Shown here: piece by piece, positions 1 to 12,571 of the stretch
Numbering within the stretch: position 1 is the stretch's first letter
Layout: every line of letters begins with the position of its first letter
Source: Mobula hypostoma
Lineage: Eukaryota
Direction of reading: 5' to 3'
DNA: 64,000 nucleotides
Assembly (NCBI RefSeq): GCF_963921235.1
Contig: NC_086097.1
Span: 231,262,001-231,326,000, forward strand
The notes under the pieces: generated by a model
Told to the model about the DNA's origin: nothing
What the model saw: the letters and a program-made list of their open reading frames with translations, nothing else
Database searches by the model: none
Position numbers and translations under genes: made by a program

Positions 1-480
1 TTTGGGCGGGTCCTTGGTGATGTCACCTGAGGTCACCGACTGTGACCCCTCCTCCAGATGCGGTCGATCCTCTGCAGTGAACCCGGCACCCAGGCAAGGG
101 CGGACACACACCGGGTTCCCGCTGATCGTACCTTTCCACCCTGGTCGTTGTCTGGTACTTCTCACCCACTCGTGAGAAGCGTACCGCTTCCAGGGTCTCG
201 TTACCTCGGGTGGCGTGTGTGTCTGTCTTAGCGAACCTGTCCCTTTTTATCCCCCTGCTGGGGTATCACCTGTCCATCACTTCAAACAGTTCAGGGTTCA
301 AAGGGGGGAGCCGCTCCAGACAGCTCTCCCTCCCACATCCCTTCATTACACATCTCCAGACGCTGCTCCATTGTTCCTTATCTCTCCTTCCCCTGAGGGC
401 AGGTGGCAGACCAACTGCTGATGCCACTGATGCTAGCCCAGGCCAGCAAACATCTTAATTTTATGTGTATTCTCGTAACA
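1..480 (-). mobile_element. LTR (5' or solo LTR of an LTR retrotransposon), runs off the window start
   Basis: The minus strand begins TGTTACGAG at 480, a canonical TG start. The sequence is GC/CpG-rich and non-coding, with a TATA-like GATAAAAA around 243-250. There is no polypurine tract just outside 480. The other end is not in the window. Confidence 0.55.
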
Positions 481-547
481 CAAACTACTTGGGGTGAAGT
501 ATCATCAAGATGGTGCTGGTGATACATGACAACATTTTCTGGGTAGA

Positions 548-1240
548 GTCATAGAAAAGTGCAGCATAAACGCTCTTCAGCCCATCTAGTCTATGCTGAA
601 ACCTTTTAAACTGCCTACTCCCATAGACCTGCACCGGGACCATAGACCTCCATACCCCTACTACCAACGTACCTATCCATATTTCTCTTAAACATTGAAA
701 TCGAGCTCAGGTGCACCACTTGTGCTGGCAGCTCATTCCACACTCCCACGACTCTGAGTGAAGTTTCCCCTCATATTCCCCTGAAACTTTTCATCTTTCA
801 CCCTTAGCCCATGACCTCTGGTTGTACTCCCACCCAACCTCAGAGGAAAAACCTGCTTGTATTTACCCTATCTATACCCCTCATAATTTTGTATACCTCT
901 ATCAAATCTCCTCTCAATCTTCTACATTCTAAGGAATAAAGTCCTAACCTATTCAATCTTTCCTTATAACTCAGGTCCTCCAGACCTGGCAACAGCTTTC
1001 TAAATCTTCTCTGTACCCTTTCAATTTCATTTACATCTTTCCTGTAGGTAGGTAACCAAAATTGTACACAATACTCCAAATTAGGCCTCAACAACATCAT
1101 TTACAACTCCAACATAACATCCCATCTCCTGTACTCAATACATTGATTTATGAAAGCCAATGTGCCAAAAGCTTTCTTTATGACCCTATCTACCATGACG
1201 CCACTTTCAATGAATGATGGACCTGTATTCCCAGATTCCC
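548..1240 (-). mobile_element. CR1 LINE 3' fragment
   Basis: ORF 840-1100 RPNLEYCVQFW...LECRRLRGDLIEVYKI is the typical CR1 ORF2 C-terminus, followed by a CR1-type 3' UTR. Confidence 0.9.
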
Positions 1241-1699
1241 ATGAAACCACTAGATTTTTCATAGGCATGTTGAGGTTGTATGTATAGCCATTATGTTAAA
1301 CAGTGGTTGAATAAGCTCAAGGGACCCAATGGTTGACTTTTGCCCCAAGTTCATATCTTGGTGCAGAACTGGTAGTGACGGATTTGATTGTCAAGATGGC
1401 AGCTGAGGAGAAGGTTTGAAGTGTTCCCAAAAGATTGCTGCTTTTTCAACGATCATTATCAGGCTCCAGAACATATTCCGCTGATTCTGACCTTCTAATC
1501 ACATAATTAAACATTTTTCTACTCTTTCCGTTATAACAATTTTGCCATTGTAAAGTGCAATGCACTTCCACGGTGACATTTGGCCACTAATTTTCATTTT
1601 GATCCTCTTCTTATGGACTGTTTGCACTACTGATGTGGCAAGATTTACCAAACTTTATGTCCACCTACTTTCTTCTTTTACAAACTTATAAGTTACACC

Positions 1700-2334
1700 T
1701 GGCGGGAGGAGGCAATAGCAGTGCACCGCACGCGCGCAGCTCTCCGGTGAAAATGATATCGTATCTGTTAAATAGGGGCCGTGGACTTCTGATTTGATGG
1801 AGACAGACGTGAAAGCACAGAGGAACATCTGGAGAAATTTCTGAAATGCTGGTTTGCTGCTGCTGTTACTGTGCGATCGAGAATCTTCCGAGGGAAGGCC
1901 TCAAAATCCCCGACTTTGCCTGCTGCTGGCGACCGAGATTGAGGTCGAATCATTCGGATACAGATGGTGCTCAGTACTCGGTGTCGGAGGACTGATCGGA
2001 GGCTCAAAGTTTTCGGACGACTCAGAGTCGGACTGTGGTCGGGCATGGCAGGGAGAGTTTTCTTCCTTCTCCCGTCTGCGTGAGATGTGGGACTTTCGAG
2101 AAACTTTGAACTTTTTTACTGTGCCATGGCCTGTTCTTCATCAAGTTATGGAATTGTTGCACTGTTGTAACTATATGTTATAATTATGCGGTTTTATTAG
2201 TTTTTTCAATCTTGGTCTGTCCTGTGTTTTGTGATAGCACACCAGAGGAATATTGTATTATTTCTTAATGCATGCATTACTAAATAACAATAAAAGAGGG
2301 CTGTGTGTCCTCATAATCTAATCTAATCTATCTA
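1700..2334 (+). mobile_element. Unclassified CpG-rich non-autonomous retroelement (SINE-like)
   Basis: CpG-rich 5' part, T-rich 3' part, AATAAAA, then a (CTAAT)n tail. The 3' end resembles the Rex1-type 3' ends in this window. No coding signal. Confidence 0.5.
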
Positions 2335-2384
2335 GTTTTGATGTTTATAGCTTGCTGAGACTCTAGCACAGCTCTGTCCCTTTG

Positions 2385-3020
2385 GCATGATTATCCCATC
2401 AAAACTCATTGTCAAGCTTCAAGAGCTAGGTCTCTGTACTTCCCTGTGCAACTGGATATTAGGAAAGGGAGGGAAAAAGTTTACACCAGTCTACACTGGG
2501 GGTTTTGTGGTGGAGAGAGTTAACAGCTTTAAATTCCTTGGTGTTAACATATCAGGTACACGTCTTGGATCCAGCGCACAGATGAAGTGACAAGGAAGGT
2601 GCACGAGCGTCTTTACTTTCTTAGGTGGTTTAGCTTGTCACCGAATACTCTAACAAACTTCTACGTGTGTAGAATTGAAAGCATCCTGATCTCGTACGAC
2701 AATGCAAATGCATAGTAACGCGAGAAGCTGTAGAGTCATGGACTCAATCCTATACTTCAAGGGCACATTCCTCCCCACAATTGGGTAGTATCTACAACCT
2801 GTTACCAATGGGCAGTTAAGTACAGAAGCCTGAAGCTCCACACCACGAGGTTCAAGAACCGCTTCTTCTCTTCAACCATTTGGTGCTTGAACCAATCAGC
2901 ACAACACTCATCACTGTCTCAGTATAGCAACCCTATGATCACACTGTACTAAAATAGACTTCATTTGTTCAATTGCGATCCTTCTTGTAAAAATCGTGCA
3001 TTCATTTTTCTTGTTAATGC
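2385..3020 (+). mobile_element. Rex1/Babar LINE, degraded and internally deleted RT/3' fragment
   Basis: [24 protein letters not shown] and VERVNSFKFLGV motifs. Confidence 0.8.
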
Positions 3021-3284
3021 TACTTATCTGATACGATGTGCCTTTGATTCAAGTTTTTCCATTGTACCTGTAAATATGTAGTTATGTAAACATGTAGGTC
3101 AGTAAAGCTCAATTGTTTTCTTCGAATTAGAACAGGCAGAAATGCTGAGTGTTTTGCAATCATCTTAAACAATGCACTGAATAAATTATAACGAACCCAG
3201 ATAACAAGGTGACAACTGAAACCTTGACAAAGACAAAATAGAGTCAGGAAGTACAACATGCATTATGGATGAAAACTACTTTAC

Positions 3285-3800
3285 AATAGAACATAGAACA
3301 GCACAGCACAGCGCAGGAACACACCGTTTGGCTCATAATGTTGTGCCGAACCAAAGGAATTAGTAATCAAATGGTCTACTAAACTAGTCCCTTCTGTCAT
3401 ATCTGTCATACAATGTCCATATCCATCCATTTTCATCACATTCATGTGCCTATCTAAACATCTCTTAAAAGACTCTCAATGTATCTGCCTCCACCACCTC
3501 AGGCAGAACATTCTGGCATCCACCACTCTGTATAAAAACTTGTCCCTCACATTTTCTTTGAAATGACCCCCCCCCCACCTCAAAGGCCCACCCTCCAGTA
3601 TTAGGCATTTCAACCCTTGGAAAAAGCTGCTGACTGTCTACTGTATTTATGCCTCTTATAATCTTAGAAATCTCTTATTGGATCCCCTCAGCCTGCACCT
3701 TTCCAGAGAAAACAACCAAATTCTGTCCAACCTCTTGTACATGCCCTCTAATCTAGGCAGCACCCTGGAAAACCTCTTCTGCACCCTCTCCAAAGCCAAA
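3285..3800 (-). mobile_element. CR1 LINE 3' fragment, degraded
   Basis: (ATAGAAC)n-type tail and CR1 3' UTR/ORF2-end sequence matching the other CR1 copies here. Confidence 0.75.
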
Positions 3801-4188
3801 TGTGTGAATGTAAAATTGAGGTTGTACACTTCAATATCCCCACACCCGATGGGTTAATTACAAAAGTTTGAAAACAAAAATCTAACATTTGTAGATCAAG
3901 GAATGGGTGTCATCTTAAATACTGTATAAACGGAGTGGTGGGAATAGAACAGAATAGGCAGCTCATCAGGAGACTCAGAGCATCAGCTTTTTTTAATCAC
4001 TAATGTACATCATGAAATTTGTTTTGCAACAGCAGTACAGTGCAATATATAATATACTCCAAGTTAGGGGGACATGTACAAAATAAATGAGTACAAAAAG
4101 AGAGCAAAAATAGTGAGGTAGCGTTTATGGGCTTGGGAGTCATTCAGAAATCTGATGCCAGAGGGAAAGAAGTTGTTCCTAAAAAGGG

Positions 4189-4226
4189 GTGTGTGTGTGT
4201 GTGTGTGTGTCTCTCTCTCTCTCTCC
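4189..4226. repeat. Compound (GT)n(CT)n microsatellite
   Basis: Seen directly in the sequence. Confidence 0.95.
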
Positions 4227-5343
4227 ATCCTGATATTATTCAGAAGAGAGGATATCCTGGGTAGTGAGGGTCCTTAATGGTGGATGCCACCTTTAAGGCA
4301 TCACCTTTTGAAGGTGTCCTTGTTGCTCGGAAGGCCAGTGCAGGCTGAGCTTACAGCTCTCCACAGCCTTTTCCGATTCCGTGCAGTGCTGATGCAGCCA
4401 GTTAGAATGCTCTCCACAGTACATCTGTAGAAATTTGTTACAGTATTTAGTGGCATTACAAATCTCCTCAACCTGCTAATGAAATACAGCCACTGGCATG
4501 CCTTCTCTATAACTGCATCATTATGTTGGCCCCAGGATCGATCTTCAGAGTTGTTGGTACCCAGCAACTTGAAACTGCTCCATCTTTCTGACCCCTCGAT
4601 GAGGACTGGTGTGTTCCCTCCACTTCCACTTCCTGAAGTCCACAATCAATTCCTTGGTCTTGCTGGCGGTGAGTGCAAGGCCATTGTTGTGCCACCACTC
4701 AACCAGCTGACCAATCTCACTCTTGTACACCTCCTCGGCGCCATCTGAAATTCTGCCAAAAATAGTTGTGTCATCAGCAAATTTATACATGGTGTTTGAG
4801 CTGTCCCTAGCCACACGATCATGGATGTAGAGTAGAGCAATGATCTAAGGGGCAAGTATGTTTGCATTCATTGTCAGCTAGGAGATGTTATTTCTGATCC
4901 ACACTGTGGTTACCTGATGAGAAAGTCAAGGATCTAGTTCCCAAAAGGGAGGTACAGGGGTTCAGGTTTAGAAACTTATTGATTAGTATTGAGGAGGTGA
5001 TGAGGTTGAATGCTGAACTGTAATTAATGAACAGCAGCCTGACTTGGGTATTGATGTTGTCCAGGTGTTCCACAGTCCAGTGGGGAGGCAGTGAGATTGA
5101 ATCCATCAGGTGGCAGTGAGATTACTGCCACAAGCTGTAGCAGGTCCAGGACCTTTCTTAGGCAGGAGTTAATTCCAGCCAGGATCAACCTCTCAAAGCA
5201 CTTCATTGTAGTAGATGTGAGTGCAACTGGGTGAGAGTTATGAGGAATTTCACCCTGCTTTTCTTGATAGATGCCCTTTTGAAGTTGGTGGGAAGCTCTG
5301 ACTGCAGCAGTGAGGGATTGCAGATGTGCTTGAATACCTCCGC

Positions 5344-5605
5344 CTGTCAGTTGGCACAGGTTTACAGTGCCCTACAAGGAACACTACTGTCAATTGGCAC
5401 AGGTTTACAGTGCCCTACAAGGAACACTACTGTCAGTTGGCACAGGTTTACAGTGCCCTACAAGGAACACTACTGTCAATTGGCACAGGTTTACAGTGCC
5501 CTACAAGGAACACTACTGTCAGTTGGCACAGGTTTACAGTGCCCTACAAGGAACACTACTGTCAGTCAGCACAGGTTTTCAGTGCCCTACAAGGAACACT
5601 ACTGT
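5344..5605. repeat. 43-bp minisatellite, about 6 copies
   Basis: Unit CTGTCARTTGGCACAGGTTTACAGTGCCCTACAAGGAACACTA starts at 5344, 5387, 5430, 5473, 5516 and 5559. Confidence 0.97.
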
Positions 5606-6849
5606 GGCCTGAGACCTTACGAGAATTCACCCTCTTGAAAGATGTTCTGATGTCGGCCTCTGACGCAGGTAGCAAAGGGCCGGCAGGTGCTGCAGAATTT
5701 GACACAGGTATAGATTTACTCTCGCTTTCAAAGCATGCATAAAAAGCCATTCAGCCCATCAGAGAGTGAAGTGTCACAGCCATTTATGAGGACAGGTTTT
5801 GCCTCATAGGACGTAATGACCTGCAAAACTTGCCATACCCAATGTGCATCCAATTTAGTCTCTACCTTCACTTTGAATTGCTTTCCCACTCTTAAGATAG
5901 CCTTTTGTAGGTCATACATGGATCTTTTGAGGAGCTCTGGATCACCAGTCTTAAACATGACAGATCTAGTCTCAGCCATCTGCAAATCTCACAGTTCATT
6001 CACGGATTCTGGTTTGGGTGTGGCCAGTATGTTCTCAAAGGGACACACTCATCCACACAAGTCGTGATGAAATCAGCGACAACTGTGACATATTCATGCG
6101 AATACGAAGATAAGTCCCTGAACATGGTCCAGTTCACAAACTCCACGTGTCCTACAAGTGCTCCTCTGACCCCTGCGACCGCACTTTCACAGTCCTCCTC
6201 ACCGGTGCTGTGGTCTTCAGTTTCTGCCCGTATACCAAGAGCAAAAGTTCTGCCAGATAATCGGTCTTGTAAGAGTGCAAGTGCGGGATGGCCTATTCAG
6301 CATTCTTGATAACAGTGATCAGGTGTGTTGGCTCTTCAGGTTCCACAGGAGATATATCGGTGGTAGTTGGTTAGAGTCGACTTCACATTGAAGGCCCTAC
6401 TATGATCGGGACAACATCAGCACGTCCTGTCTCGACACGCCTGATCATAAGGGCTCAGTTCCTCCAGTGCCAGCCTGACGTTGGCCAAGGGCGGGATGTA
6501 CACTGCCACCAGGATGGTGACACCCCCGCTGACAGAACGGATGACACCTGACTGCCACGGGAGATGGAACCGTCACGTCTGCACACCAAGCTGAGTTACT
6601 GCCGCCATCTCTGCCTTCACCTGCCACCATCGTCCAGTCTACACGGTTAGCGGTGAGGCCGTCGAGCTGCAGCGCTGAGTCCCAAATGTTAGGGATGACC
6701 CACATGTCTTGTGAAGCAAGGTAGACAACAGTCCCTGATGTGTCTCAGGAACTGCAATCCTCAGTTGTATTTTCCAGATTCCATACAGTAGCCAGGGGAA
6801 TGATAGGGAGTGGGGCCTGCAGCCCAATATGTTGTCCATGTTTTTTTGA

Positions 6850-7800
6850 AAAGCAGAGTGGTGGGTGCCTGGAATGCACAGACTGGGCAGTGATGATATC
6901 CGGTGTTCGAGAGGCTCTCTGATAGGCAAATGAATGCACAGGGAATGGAAAGACATGGACATTGTATAGGTAGAAGGGATTAGTTTACTTAAACATTGGA
7001 TTACAAATCTAAGTTGTTTAGCACAACATAATGGGCTGAAGGCCTGTTCCTTTGTTGTACCATTCCACGATCTAGATTCCTGTAAAACTTTCCCTTCTCA
7101 TAGCTGTGCCCATTAGTTATAGACTCCCTTGCACTGGGGATCATGGCCTCTGTATACTCATCTGATTTTATAAACCTGTGCAAGGACATCCCATCCCCCA
7201 GCCGATCTATTTTCTCCTTATAGTTGAAGCTTTGCGGTCTAGGTAATATTCCTGTAAATCTTTCCCGTGCCATTTCTCACTGAATGATACCTTTCCTACC
7301 TCCAGGTGAACAGAACTGCCACACCATTCCATAATTGTCTTCTCAATGTAGTGTGCCAACTATTTAATCAATGCCCTGACCAATTAAGGCTAACATGCCA
7401 AATGCCTTCTTCACCCCCATGTCTACCTGCATCTCACTTTGAGGAAACTACGTCATTGTACCCCTTGCACCACTGCTCTACAACACTCCAGGGCTCCATC
7501 GTTCACAATGCTGGGTTTAACTTGGCAACGTGCAACACCTCGTATTTGTCTGAGTTGGTTCATTTGCCATTCTCTGGCTCATTTCCCAACCCCCTTGTAA
7601 ACAGAGTAACACCGCTGTCCACTACACCACAAATCTGTGAATTTACAAACACGTTAACAACATTGATGTCAATGATTTGAATGACAATGACAAACAGAGG
7701 ACTTAGTACCAATCCACTGGTCAAAGGCCTCCAAATCTATAAAACAAACTCTGCACAACCACTCTCAGTCTCCTTCTACTAAGCCAGTTTTGTATCTAGG
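6850..7800. mobile_element. Old CR1 fragments (about 6850-7070 on +, about 7075-7800 on -)
   Basis: CR1 3' UTR GGGCTGAAGGCCTGTT motif on +, and degraded ORF2 C-terminal similarity (ERFTGILP...YKEKIDRLG) on -. Confidence 0.6.
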
Positions 7801-7839
7801 CAGTTATGAAGTGGAAGAAAATGCGTTAACAAATGCTGT

Positions 7840-8235
7840 CCCACACCACCAGCTTGAGTACCTACTACCCCTCGACCATCAGGCTCTTGAACCAGATGGA
7901 TAACTTCGCTCACCTCAACGCTGAACTGATTCCACAACCTATGGAATCACTTTTAACAACTCTACTACAACCGTCAACTCAATCATAAATAAGCAATAAA
8001 TATAATTTGTTTTGTACTTGCACAGTTTATTGTCTTTTGTTTTAGCCCATCTCTAACGTGTGCAGTTTGTCATCTCTAACTTTGTTTGTCATTTGTTTGT
8101 CCATCTCTAACGTGTGCAGTTTTTCTTTGATTCTGTTGGGTTTCTTTGTAGTTACTGTGAATACTCGCAAGAAAATGAATGTCACATTGTGACATATGCA
8201 CTTTGATAATAAACTTACTTTGAGCTTTTGAACTT
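7840..8235 (+). mobile_element. Rex1/Babar 3' end
   Basis: CCCTCGACCATCAGGCTCTTGAAC ORF end and AAGAAAATGAAT...TTTGATAATAAA 3' UTR, shared with other copies. Confidence 0.7.
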
Positions 8236-8419
8236 AATCGGTAGCAAATTTCAGGACCCCAGTGATGTGAGGGTATCTAAAATAGATGATGGATCGTTCA
8301 TCTTCAACTAATGTACTTTAAAAATGTGCATTTAAAGTGCAGCAATTAATCATTTCAAAGCAAGCTGTGAGGCCTATTATGTTATACAAATTAGAAAAGA
8401 GGCCAGGAGTTATTTCCCA

Positions 8420-9000
8420 ACCCGACGTAGATCGGGAGACCGCTTTGCCAAGCACCTATGCTCCATCCACCACAAAAAGCAGGATCTCCCAGTAGCCATC
8501 CATTTTAATTCCACTTCCCATTCCCATTCTGATATGTCAATCCATGGCCTCCTCTACTGTCACGATGAGGCCACACTCAGTTTGGAGGAGCAACACCTTA
8601 TATTCCGTCTGTGTAGCCTCCAACCTGATGGCATGAACATCAATTTTGCAAACTTCCGGTGATAACCACGCCCCCCCCCCAACATTCCCAATCCCCTTTT
8701 CCCTCTCTCACCTTATCTCCTTGCCTGTCCATCACCTCTCGCTGGTGCTCCTCCTCTTTTTCTTTCCTCCATGGCCTTCTGTCCTCTCCTATTAGATTTC
8801 CCTTGTCCTGTGTCTCTTTGACCAACCAACTTCCCAGCTCTTTACTTCACCCCTCCCTCTCTCCTCCCGGTTTCACCTACCACCTTATGTTTCTCAGTCC
8901 TCTCCCCCCTCACCTTCTAATTCTGACTCCTCATGTTTTTTTTCTCCAGTCCTGCTGAAGGGTCTTGGCCAGAAACATTGACTGTACTCTTTTTCATAGA
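8420..9000 (+). mobile_element. Penelope-like element 3' fragment (GIY-YIG end plus pLTR)
   Basis: Translates to GDRFAKHL...HFNSTSHSHSDMSIHGLLYCHDEATL.LEEQHLIFRL, then a pyrimidine-rich UTR and a degenerate hammerhead motif at 8947-8984. Confidence 0.9.
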
Positions 9001-9565
9001 CAATACTTCATTAAGAGTTTGAAGAGATTTGGTATGTCAACAAATACACTCAAAACCTTCTATAGATGTACTCTGGAGAACATTCTGATAGGCTGCATCA
9101 CTGTCTGGTATGGGAGGGGGTTGCTAATGTAGAGGACTGAAAGAAGCTGCAGAGGGTTGTAAATTTAGTCGGATCCATCTTGGGTACGAGCCTACAAAGT
9201 ACACAGGACATCTTCAGGGAGCGGTGTCTCAGAAAGGTAGCGTCCATTATTAAGGACCTCCAGCACCCAGGGCATGCCCTTTTCTCACTGTTACCACCAG
9301 GTAGAAGATACAGAAGCCTGAAGGCACACACTCAGTGATTCAGGAACAGCTTCTTCCCCTCTGCCATCCAATTCCTGAATGGACATTGAACCCTTGAACA
9401 CTACCTCACTTTTTCTTAATATATATTATTTCTGTTTTTTGCACAATTTTTAATCTATTCAACATACATAGAAACATAGAAACATAGAAAATAGGTGCAG
9501 GAGTAGGCCATTCGGCCCTTCGAGCCTGCACCGCCATTTATTATGATCATGGCTGATCATCCAAC

Positions 9566-12500
9566 TCAGAACCCAGCCTTCCCTCCATACCCCCTGACCC
9601 CTGTAGCCACAAGGGCCATATCTAACTTCCTTTTAAACATAGCTAATGAACTGGCCTCAACAGTTTGCTGTGGCAGAGAATTCCACAGATTCACCACTCT
9701 CTGTGTGAAGAAGTTTTTCCTAACCTCGGTCCTAAAAGGCTTCCCCTCTATCCTCAAACTGTGACCCCTCGTTCTAGACCTCCCCAACATCGGGAACAAT
9801 CTTCCTGCATCTAGCCTGTCCAATCCCTTTAGGATCTTATACGTTTCAATCAGATCCCCCCTCAATCTTCTAAAATTCCAACGAGTACAAGCCCAGTTCA
9901 TCCAGTCTTTCTTCATATGAAAGACCTGCCATCCCAGGAATCAATCTGGTGAACCTTCTTTGTACTCCCTCTATGGCAAAGATGTCTTTCCTCAGATTAG
10001 GGGACCAAAACTGCACACAATACTCCAGGTGTGGTCTCACCAAGGCCTTGTACAACTGCAGTAGTACCTCCCTGCTCCTGTACTCGAATCCTCTCGCTAT
10101 AAATGCCAGCATACCGTTCGCCTTTTTCACCGCCTGCTGTACCTGCATGCCCACTTTCAATGACTGGTGTATAATGACACCCAGGTCTCGTTGCACCTCC
10201 CCTTTTCCTAATCGGCCACCATTCAGATAATAATCTGTTTTCCTATTTTTGCCACCAAAGTGGATAACTTCACATTTATCCACATTAAATTGCATCTGCC
10301 ATGAGTTTGCCCACTCACCCAACCTATCCAAGTCACCCTGCATCCTCTTAGCATCCTCCTCACTGCTAACACTGCCACCCAGCTTCGTGTCATCCGCAAA
10401 CTTGGAGATGCTGCATTTAATTCCCTCATCCAAGTCATTAATATATATTGTAAACAACTGGGGTCCCAGCACTGAGCCTTGCGGTACCCCACTAGTCACC
10501 GCCTGCCATTCTGAAAAGGTCCCGTTTATTCCCACTCTTTGCTTCCTGTCTGCTAACCAATTCTCCACCCACACCAATACCTTACCCCCAATACCGTGTG
10601 CTTTAAGTTTGCACACTAATCTCCTATGTGGGACCTTGTCAAAAGCCTTTTGAAAATCCAAATATACCACATCCACTGGTTCTCCCCTATCCACTCTACT
10701 AGTTACATCCTCAAAAAATTCTATGAGATTCATCAGACATGATTTTCCTTTCACAAATCCATGCTGACTTTGTCCGATCATTTCACCGCTTTCCAAATGT
10801 GCTGTTATCACATCCTTGATAACTGACTCCAGCAGTTTCCCCACCACCGACGTTAGGCTAACCGGCCTATAATTCCCCGGTTTCTCTCTCCCTCCTTTTT
10901 TAAAAAGTGGGGTTACATTAGCCACCCTCCAATCCTCAGGAACTAGTCCAGAATCTAACGAGTTTTGAAAAATTATCACTAATGCATCCACTATTTCTTG
11001 GGCCACTTCCTTAAGCACTCTGGGATGCAGACCATCTGGCCCTGGGGATTTATCTGCCTTCAATCCCTTCAATTTACCTAACACCACTTCCCTACTAACA
11101 TGTATTTCGCTCAGTTCCTCCATCTCACTGGACCCTCTGTCCCTTACTATTTCTGGAAGATTATTTATGTCCTCCTTAGTGAAGACAGAACCAAAGTAAT
11201 TATTCAATTGGTCTGCCATGTCCTTGCTCCCCATAATCAATTCACCTGTTTCTGTTTGCAGGGGACCTACATTTGTCTTTATCAGTCTTTTCCTTTTTAC
11301 ATATCTATAAAAGCTTTTACAGTCCGTTTTTATGTTCTCTGCCAGTTTTCTCTCATAATCTTTTTTCCCCTTCCTAATTAAGCCCTTTGTCCTCCTCTGC
11401 TGAACTCTGAATTTCTCCCAGTCCTCAGGTGAGCCACTTTCTCTGGCTAATTTGTATGCTACTTCTTTGGAATTGATACTATCCCTAATTTCTCTTGTCA
11501 GCCACGGGTGCACTACCTTCCTTGATTTATTCTTTTGCCAAACTGGGATGAACAATTGTTGTAGTTCATCCATGCAACCTTTAAATGCCTGCCATTGCAT
11601 ATCCACCGTCAATCCTTGAAGTGTCATTTGCCAGTCTATCTTAGCTAATTCATGTCTCATACCTTCAAAGTTACCCCTCTTTAAGTTCAGAACCTTTGTT
11701 TCTGAATTAACTACGTCACTCTCCATGTTAATGAAGAATTCCACCATATTATGGTCACTCTTACCCAAGGGGCCTCTCACGACAAGATCGCTAATTAACC
11801 CTTCCTCATTGCTCAAAACCCAGTCCAGAATAGCCTGCTCTCTAGTCGGTTCCTCGACATGTTGGTTCAAAAAACCATCCCGCATACATTCCAAGAAATC
11901 CTCTTCCTCAGCACCTTTACCAATTTGGTTCACCCAGTCTACATGTAGATTGAAGTCACCCATTATAACTGCTGTTCCTTTATTGCACACATTTCTAATT
12001 TCCTGTTTAATACCATCTCCGACCTCACTACTACTGTTAGGTGGCCTGTACACAACTCCCACCAGCGTCTTCTGCCCCTTAGTGTTACGCAGCTCTACCC
12101 ATATCGATTCCACATCTTCCCGGCTTATGTCCTTCCTTTCTATTGCGTTAATCTCTTTTTTAACCAGCAACGCCACCCCACCTCCCCTTCCTTCGTGTCT
12201 ATCCCTCCTGAATATTGAATATCCCTGAACGTTGAGCTCCCATCCCTGGTCACCCTGGAGCCATGTCTCTGTGATCCCAACTATATCATAATCATTAATA
12301 ACAATCTGCACTTTCAATTCATCCACCTTATTACGAATGCTCCTTGCATTGACACATAAAGCCTTCAGGCACTCTTTTACAACTCTCTTAGCCCTTTTTA
12401 ATGCTTGCCCTGGATTTGTCGGCCTGCCACTTTTACTTTTCCCCTTTGTACTTTTTGCTTCTACGCTCACTTTACACCCCTCTGTCTCTCTGCACTGGTT

Positions 12501-12566
12501 CCCATCCCTCTGTTGTGAACTAACCTCCTCACACCTAGCCGCTTTAATTTGATTCCCACCCCCCAA
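9566..12566 (-). CDS. CR1 ORF2 (APE endonuclease plus reverse transcriptase), one frameshift near 9872
   Basis: An 898-aa ORF with NARSIRNK, GITETW, MGDFN, SDHN, YLDFQKAFDKVPH, GVPQGSVLGP and KFADD motifs. The C-terminus continues in another frame (RRLRGDLIETYKI..., ORF 9566-9916) after one extra T in a T-run. Confidence 0.93.
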
Positions 12567-12571
12567 CCATT

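Larger units (their letters stand above)
3990..6720 (-). mobile_element. Rex1/Babar LINE, long degraded copy (endonuclease remnant, RT, 3' UTR)
   Basis: Broken ORFs with MKCFERL, LLFINYSSAFN, YKFADDTT, KTKELIVDFRK and FYRCTVESILTGCI motifs. Confidence 0.88.

Noticed and set aside
3069..3225. Possible minus-strand phase-1 exon (GFSCHLVIW...TTYLQ)
   Set aside because: Weak AAG acceptor and GTACAA donor, AT-rich, and the peptide is unrecognisable.
5344..5605. CRISPR-like array, or the repeat-protein ORFs at 5231-5742
   Set aside because: The units are contiguous with no unique spacers, the context is eukaryotic, and the unit derives from Rex1. The ORFs are by-products of the repeat.
9949..12552. 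Plus-strand ORFs opposite CR1 ORF2
   Set aside because: They are antisense shadows of the LINE coding sequence.
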